From Eledone cirrhosa (lineage: Eukaryota), in contig OZ024743.1 in NCBI GenBank assembly GCA_964016885.1, positions 179,490,001 through 179,554,000 on the forward strand: 64,000 bases of DNA. Reading direction: 5' to 3'. Under the pieces are notes generated by a model, which saw only the letters and a list, made by a program, of their open reading frames with translations, was not told the origin of the DNA and ran no database searches. Shown here piece by piece: positions 57,259 to 64,000 of the stretch. Position 1 is the stretch's first letter, and every line of letters begins with the position of its first letter. Position numbers and translations under genes: made by a program.

Positions 57259-57350
57259 TTCATTAAGGCTAAATAGCGAGTCTTATAACACTGGAGTTTC
57301 GCGTGTTTATCACAAGATCATCAGACAAGAAACCAATTTAGCCTTAGTAA
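57259..57350 (-). ncRNA. Extended type I hammerhead motif
   Basis: ucuugu-CUGAUGA-ucuugugauaaacacgc-GAAAC..GUU/auaaga (57281-57330) with distal stem uaaggcuaaau/auuuagccuua. Confidence 0.55.
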
Positions 57351-57760
57351 AGTGATTAACATATATATATATGTACTTGTGTGCATATAAGTGCGTGTAT
57401 GTTTCTGTGTGTGTTTGTGTGTGTGTGTGGGGGGGGGGGGGGGCGTGTGTGTATGTGTGTGTAGATGTCTTACCTACCTTTATCTATAATAGATTGGCTG
57501 CACATTTGCCCTGAAGATCGCGTCGAAAGAAGCATTCATTGTTTCAGTATATTTTCCAGTATGGAAATGACAGGAAGCATTTTCCCGATTGTATTCTCCG
57601 GGGATTTCTTTCATACGTTAACAACTGAATTGGTTGTGCCTTAGGGCTGCTACAGTACAGGTGGACTTGTTTATATTAAGATAACAAAACCGGATGAGGA
57701 ATGAGAGAGGTGATGAAAGAGAAGAATCAGATATCGTGTTACCTTGGAATTATTTACTAG

Positions 57761-57799
57761 TCCGAATATATTTCGAATGTTTCATCCATTATCAAAGGA
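57761..57799 (-). ncRNA. Hammerhead-like motif with U3:A8 core (UUGAUAA), degenerate stem I
   Basis: UUGAUAA-u-ggaug(aaa)cauuc-GAAA-uaua-UU. Confidence 0.4.
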
Positions 57800-58519
57800 T
57801 CTATTGGGACCCTTTCCAGTCCTCTGTGTGGTTCGTGTAGTATATATTTGAAGCGTTAATTTAATTAGCCCTACGTCTAAAAGAACCGTGATAGCTAATA
57901 TACAATCCAATCAGTATGTAATGTTTCTAAATGTAGTAGTCGGAAATTTGCCGATATTCAGTTGTCTGGTTATTCCATATGTTCATTGTTGTGTAGTTTT
58001 TTAACGGGCTTGTTTGCTTAATTATTTATTCTCTCATTTGGCTCACTTGGCTAATTTGGAGTGGGTAAAATTAGACACTGGACCATGTTTCTTTTATATA
58101 TTTTCATAGAGTGCTCTTCTCGAGGACAACATTTTAATTAGAATGCTGTTGATGTTTAAGTCTTGCTTGCTTACATTGTCCTGTAACTCCTGGTGTAGTC
58201 ATAGGGGCAGCGTAGTGGCATACAGCATTTCTGGGGGAATTTTAAGCCTTGCGGAGCTCATCCCTCTCCAGGTCTAGGCAATTTATATTCCAAGTGATTT
58301 CAGCCGTTAATATAGCGTTATAGTGACGTTAGCCATTTCACACATTTTATTGTATTTCTGGCAGACTCGTTAAACTGCTCAATGATGACTGGACAAAAGA
58401 ACCGTTAACATTTCTTCCAAATCCATTCATTTTATCATTTTGTTGAATATCGATAACATTAGATGTGAAAATAGTGTCCTGATAATTATATTTGCAATTA
58501 TATTTTATATACTGAATAA

Positions 58520-58775
58520 AGGGTTTCAAGCGGACGGAGGAAAGAATCGCTGGACAGATTTTACGGGCAAAACCCATGGCAGGAGACCCAGGTTTAGACC
58601 CCGAGCAAGATGGTTGGATAACATCCATGATCTTGGCTGCTTTCGCTTGGAGATCCAGGCGGACCATTTGCAGATGGTTGCTTCTCACAGGACTCGCTCG
58701 AAGCAATGTTTGAGGACATTGCATCACGACCCTCTAATAAGAAATCAGTGAAAAAGGAAAAAGAAGAAGAATCAA
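58520..58775 (+). mobile_element. RTE-clade LINE 3' fragment
   Basis: GKTHGRRPRFRPRARWLDNIHDL resembles the RTE C-terminal GxRxRGRPxxRWxD motif; (GAA)n-like tail. Confidence 0.65.
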
Positions 58776-59799
58776 CTGGAATTAACGTTTAAATATTTTG
58801 TCTACATTATAATAAACTGTTTTTCACTATTTGCATATTTCCTGTGATTTGGGTTCTGTTGCAATATCATATGGCTTGCTGATAGGAAGCTGCAATCGGG
58901 TTTCGATCCGATTTTCAGAACTTCGTTTATTTGCTAAAGAACCTTCAAAACACCTCTACAACTCATTCCGTTTATCCTTGACAAGACCAAATAAATATTT
59001 GACAGTAAAATATTTGGCTTCTATCTTTATTTTCAGTTGCATATATCTATACCGGAAGCGGAAAATTAACAAAGTCGTTATAACGTCGAATAGAATGTTT
59101 TGCGGTATTCGTTTTGGTTCTCTGCTCTCTGAGTACAAATCCCACCGATGTCAACGTTGCCTTTCATCGATTTGAGTTCGGAAAAATATGTACCAGTCCA
59201 TATGTACATCTCTTTCTAACTTCCATTCTGACACTCTCTATCATTGTCTGGGCGACATCTGAAGAGATGGGCTCCGCCAGTTTTTAAATTGCTCTAGAAA
59301 TGCCGTGTGTCAATGCATCACCCCTACAACTACCTCACGAGTTACGGGACCATGCATATCATACATACAAACCTGTGTAATTATTAAATATTGCAATACA
59401 TATGTTCAAAGTAGAAATGTTCCACTAGAGTGGAAATATTCACTAAACTTTTATTCACAACATAGTTTTATATACAATAGAGTTTTATATACGCAAATCA
59501 TGCTTCAAGCTTCAAATTTCTGGCGTTTATATCTTAAAGTTAAACTATATCTCGTAGCTTATTATCTAATAACGAGGCGAAAGGTTAATTGCCAAACACG
59601 ATAAATTCATTTCTATATATTGCCACTGACTTGTCACCAAAACGATAATTTCACACATTGCTTAAGTGTATTTGCAATGAAATTAAATAAATCTGTGAAT
59701 GCATAATTCGGAGATTTACCTACTTCTAATTTATATGAACTGCTTACCGATGTTCGATGTAACAAAGTAATGACATTAGCATTATTGCAGCTGGATGTT

Positions 59800-60010
59800 G
59801 GATTGGCAGTAATCGGTAGAGCATCGAACAACTTGCTTTGCAGCATAAAGTTACGTCACTTTACTTTCTAAGTTCATAGCCCGCTGATGTTAGATTTGCC
59901 TTTCATCCTTACAGGGTTGACAAAATGAAGCACCAGTAATGCACTGGGGTCAATTTTATCAGCTTTTCCCTCCCCTAAAATTGCAGGATTTGTGCTTAAA
60001 TCAGAAATCA
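59800..60010 (+). mobile_element. Nin/Deu-like tRNA SINE
   Basis: ttggcagtaatcggtagagc..tttgcctttcatccttacagggttgacaaaatgaagcaccagt. Confidence 0.78.
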
Positions 60011-60297
60011 TTATTAAAGCTAACAAATATACAACATTAACAAGCAATTCGATAAATTCTTTAATTATTCTGAAGCCAGAAAATTTACAACATCTAGGGG
60101 TAGATTTAGGGAAATCGGTGACAGAATGGAATATTCCGGAATAGTATTCTCAATAATTTGCGATATATTTTATATTTTGCAAGCATAGACCCGTAAAAAC
60201 TGAGCTGGTCGTACGGATATTGTATTGACATAAGACGTTTCTTGAGGATTTGTAAAGTTGGGGTAAACCATTTCTTCTCCAGGTCTATATATTTAAT

Positions 60298-60487
60298 TGT
60301 TTCTACTTTTGGCCCAAGCACAGCAAATAGCCAGTACATTACTGGTACTTTATTTTATCGACCCCGTAAGGACGAAAGGCAAAGTTAACCTCGACGGGAT
60401 TTGAACTCAGACCGTAAAGGGACGTAACTATGCTGGAAAGCAAGGTGTCCGACCCTCTATCGATACTGCCAATTCACCGCCAATATA
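60298..60487 (-). mobile_element. Nin/Deu-like tRNA SINE with 20-bp TSD
   Basis: tccaggtctatatatttaat occurs at 60278-60297 and 60488-60507. Confidence 0.93.
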
Positions 60488-60799
60488 TCCAGGTCTATAT
60501 ATTTAATGTTCTGTATTTTATTTTTTCAAGCTATTGACATCGTGATCTCACTTTTAGAACCGAAACTACGTTTTGCTCAGTTTGATCTCGAATCCTCATC
60601 AAGTGTGTTCGTCCTGAATGTATGTATGGATTCGAAATTTTTGAGGGCGTCGTATGGTCGTCGTATTAAAACATGGCGTTTCAAGGGCAATTTTTAAACA
60701 TGATGAAGCCCATCTTCTCTCCAGGGTCTTAAAACAGCAGTTTTCTTCGAGAGAAATATAGAAAGTGAGACAATGGAAGTGAGAAAGAGATACAGAAGA

Positions 60800-60960
60800 A
60801 AAATCGACCCCAGTATTAGACGGGTAATACTTTCTATCAACCTGAAATGGATGAAAGGCAAATTTGACCTCGCTGAAATTTTAACTCAAATGTAAGAGAG
60901 CCGAAACAAATACTACGAATCATTCTATCTGACGTTCCAACAACTCTGCCAATTCGCCGC
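60800..60960 (-). mobile_element. Older Nin/Deu-like SINE
   Basis: ggatgaaaggcaaatttgacctc..aactca..ctgccaattcgccgc. Confidence 0.7.
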
Positions 60961-61119
60961 ATATTTTAAATATACATTCGGTTAAGAATATTCAAAAGCG
61001 ACGAAGATGTATTTAGGTAAATGTATTATTAATTTAAACTGAGATATCAGAAAGATAAATTAGAACATTCGTAGGATATGAATTGTTAATATATATATAT
61101 GTATATATATGTGTGTGTG

Positions 61120-61199
<80 letters not shown>

Positions 61200-61689
61200 T
61201 GAGTAGACGCATGTTGAATATTAAGTTAGAAAAGTGAATTTATATTTTACTTTGAGGAATTAAGCGATACGGAATAGGAAATAAGATGTATTTGTCAACT
61301 TAAAACACGCACACACAGAAACATTGATCCCCCACACACGGACGTACACATCGGCTTATATATATATACATACGCCGATACATACATTCATACGTACATA
61401 CATACATACACACATACATACATAATTACATGCTTATATACATATATACATACATTCGCAGCAAATGCAGACCATCACTTGTTCAATAATTTTATTAACT
61501 ACGTTCATTTCTGGATTGTGAAATACACTATTCTATAGATAGATCGCCGCTGAAAATATAAAAAAAAATTGTTATAATTTCGCAAGCCTACAAGAGAACT
61601 TTCTGGACGTTCAAACCAATATGATTAGCAGTCAATTTTATTTTGAAACTTTTCCTCGTTGCATGAGAAAAGGAAGGGAACATTAGATA

Positions 61690-61875
61690 ATTGTTTCTAC
61701 GTTAGGCACAAGGCCAGCAATTATCCAGTGTATTACTGGCACTTTATTTTATCGACCCCGTAAGGATGAAAGGCAAAGTTAACCTCGGCGGGATTTGAAC
61801 TCAGAATAGCAAGGGCCGTAACTCTATGCGTCAAAGCATGGCGTCCGACCCTCTACCGATACTGCCAATCCACCA
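61690..61875 (-). mobile_element. Nin/Deu-like tRNA SINE
   Basis: Full consensus match. Confidence 0.88.
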
Positions 61876-62046
61876 ATGGTATATCAGCAAGAAAAGATGA
61901 GATGGTCATGTGTGAAAAGACAAGTATTATAAGTATGTTTAATCAGCGTTGACATTTTGGTAAACATGGTGTTAAGCCGAAGCGGTATAGTCATATCTAA
62001 CTAATTCCACACGTCATTTCTTATATAACATATTTACATACGTGTA

Positions 62047-62129
<83 letters not shown>

Positions 62130-62134
<5 letters not shown>

Positions 62135-63917
62135 ATTAAATAAATGGAAACTATATTTATAAAACCATATTTATTTCGTTATATATATTTCAGGGATATC
62201 ATATTAACAATATGTTATGCCATATTCAGACAAAATACAATATAAACAGTCTTATAAATAAATAGATACGACATACCTTTCAATCACCTTGCATTTGGGA
62301 GGTTGATTTGGCAGTAAAAAAATATTGTGGACAGTTGTAAAAAGAAAGAGATAAAGAGAGAAAGAAAGAGAAACGAAGAAAAAGAAGAAATGCATGTGAC
62401 TAAATAGAGGGATATAGAAAGATAGATAAAGAGAAGAACTTCATGTAAAGAAACAGAGAGAAATATATATAGAGAGAGGAAAAAAGAAAGAGATAGATAG
62501 AGAAATTAGGAAGTTGAGTATCGGTTGATACATTTATTTATTTATTTATTTATTTATTTAGCTCTAGTATTAATGTAAAGAGAGATATATGTAGTTAAGA
62601 GAGAAAATAGCCGTTATATAGAGAGAAAAAAAGAGAAAATGAAAAAGAGAAAATGCAACATAACCAGACATAAACGATGCAGAATTTAAAACCGCTATGT
62701 TTTATCCGTAGAAAATATTAGTTCGTATAAAACAGGCATTATAATGTAAGTACCAGTATTCATGAATGAGACATGTATCTATAATGTGTGAAAAGTAATG
62801 ATCTTATGTCTAGTTTTTAAAAATTCATATGTTTATATCATAATTATAAACAAACTCCCAATTCACACGAAAACATTCTCATTGTGCTATAAAAATTCAA
62901 GTATACCTATATGTGTGTATATATACACATATATATAGAGTCTATATTAATTTTAACAATACTATTCTTGTCTTTATTCTACATGATTGTCGATCAAGCA
63001 GAAATAGAGAACGGATTTCAATATATAAATAAAAATAAAAATAAAAATATCAGAGACAAGAAAATAAATAAATAAACAGAAAACTAAAACATTTAATATT
63101 AAAAATAAAAAAATAAAAAATATTACAAAATATTAAAAAATATTAAAAAAATAATACAAATAAAACACAGAGATCAGCCTTTCAAAGTTAATTGACAATA
63201 TATTGCCAAGATCATCATAAGCATCAGAGTCGAAACAGATAAAACAAAAATTGTTTACCAAATCCTGTCTAGCAGAAATCATTCCAAAAGTTTAGGATAC
63301 CCATTTGGTCTACATATGTTCTTATATATAATATAGAAGTTTATCTAGTTTAAAATTTAATTCGATATATTTGGAGCATCAGCTTTTAGGGTAGTTTAAT
63401 TATTCATGAAGAATGTTTTAATAAAAAGAATGTTTTAATAAAAAGAAGAAATCGAAAGATTTATCGGCTAGTTTCATAAATAATTACAAATCAAATCAAA
63501 ACAAACATAACTACATTTTAAATTTAAATTTATATTTAAACGTTGAGTTCAATCTATGTCTGCAGCAACTGAATAAATTTGTCCGTAGATTAAGGGAATT
63601 TTTAGATTTTAGTATAAAGAATATCTCCTCCGCACAGATTTTTTTACTGCCAAATCAACCTCCCAAATGCAAGGTGATTGAAAGGTATGTCGTATCTATT
63701 TATTTATAAGACTGTTTATATTGTATTTTGTCTGAAGATGGCATAACATATTGTTAATATGATATCCCTGAAATATATATAACGAAATAAATATGGTTTT
63801 ATAAATATAGTTTCCATTTATTTAATATCATAAATATACTCCAAATACTTGTTGAGTGCTTTTATATCAGTTATAAATATTTACTCGTTGTTAACCCAAC
63901 AATTTAAATATAACTTT

Positions 63918-63920
<3 letters not shown>
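62130..63920 (-). mobile_element. Decayed PLE derivative with inverted pLTRs, inserted in (TA)n
   Basis: 62130-62328 is the near-perfect reverse complement of 63634-63831. The interior is decayed, with an NGYP-like PLE peptide near 63300. Confidence 0.75.
63724..63789 (+). ncRNA. Hammerhead motif in the inverted pLTR
   Basis: uauuuugu-CUGAAGA-..-GAAA-uauaua-UA/acgaaaua with imperfect stem II. The sister copy at about 62170-62240 has CUGAAUA. Confidence 0.55.
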
Positions 63921-63982
<62 letters not shown>

Positions 63983-64000
63983 CAAAAGGGATAGTTAATT

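Overview
Repeat-dominated, AT-rich animal genomic DNA (intergenic or intronic). The SINE families and very high microsatellite load suggest a coleoid cephalopod such as octopus (inference). No confidently identified host gene. Nearly all long ORFs in the track between 10 and 64 kb are microsatellite artefacts. Real content: three R4/Dong non-LTR retrotransposon pieces; a near full-length Tx1/L1-clade element; a near-intact Neptune-type Penelope-like element (PLE, 33.9-39.8 kb) with pseudo-LTRs (pLTRs); several decayed PLEs including a Naiad-type GIY-YIG fragment; two non-autonomous Helitrons; an LTR remnant; a MITE; and many tRNA-derived SINEs, including a tandem array. Most interesting signals: (i) an in-phase U-UUU-UUA slippery site that would fuse the PLE ORF1 to RT/GIY-YIG by -1 frameshifting; (ii) about 14 hammerhead-ribozyme motifs, including a recurrent U3:A8 covariant core; (iii) small non-coding hammerhead cassettes inserted in (TA)n; (iv) an inverted duplication overlapping a possible small spliced secreted-peptide gene. 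All structures were read by eye and none were computed.
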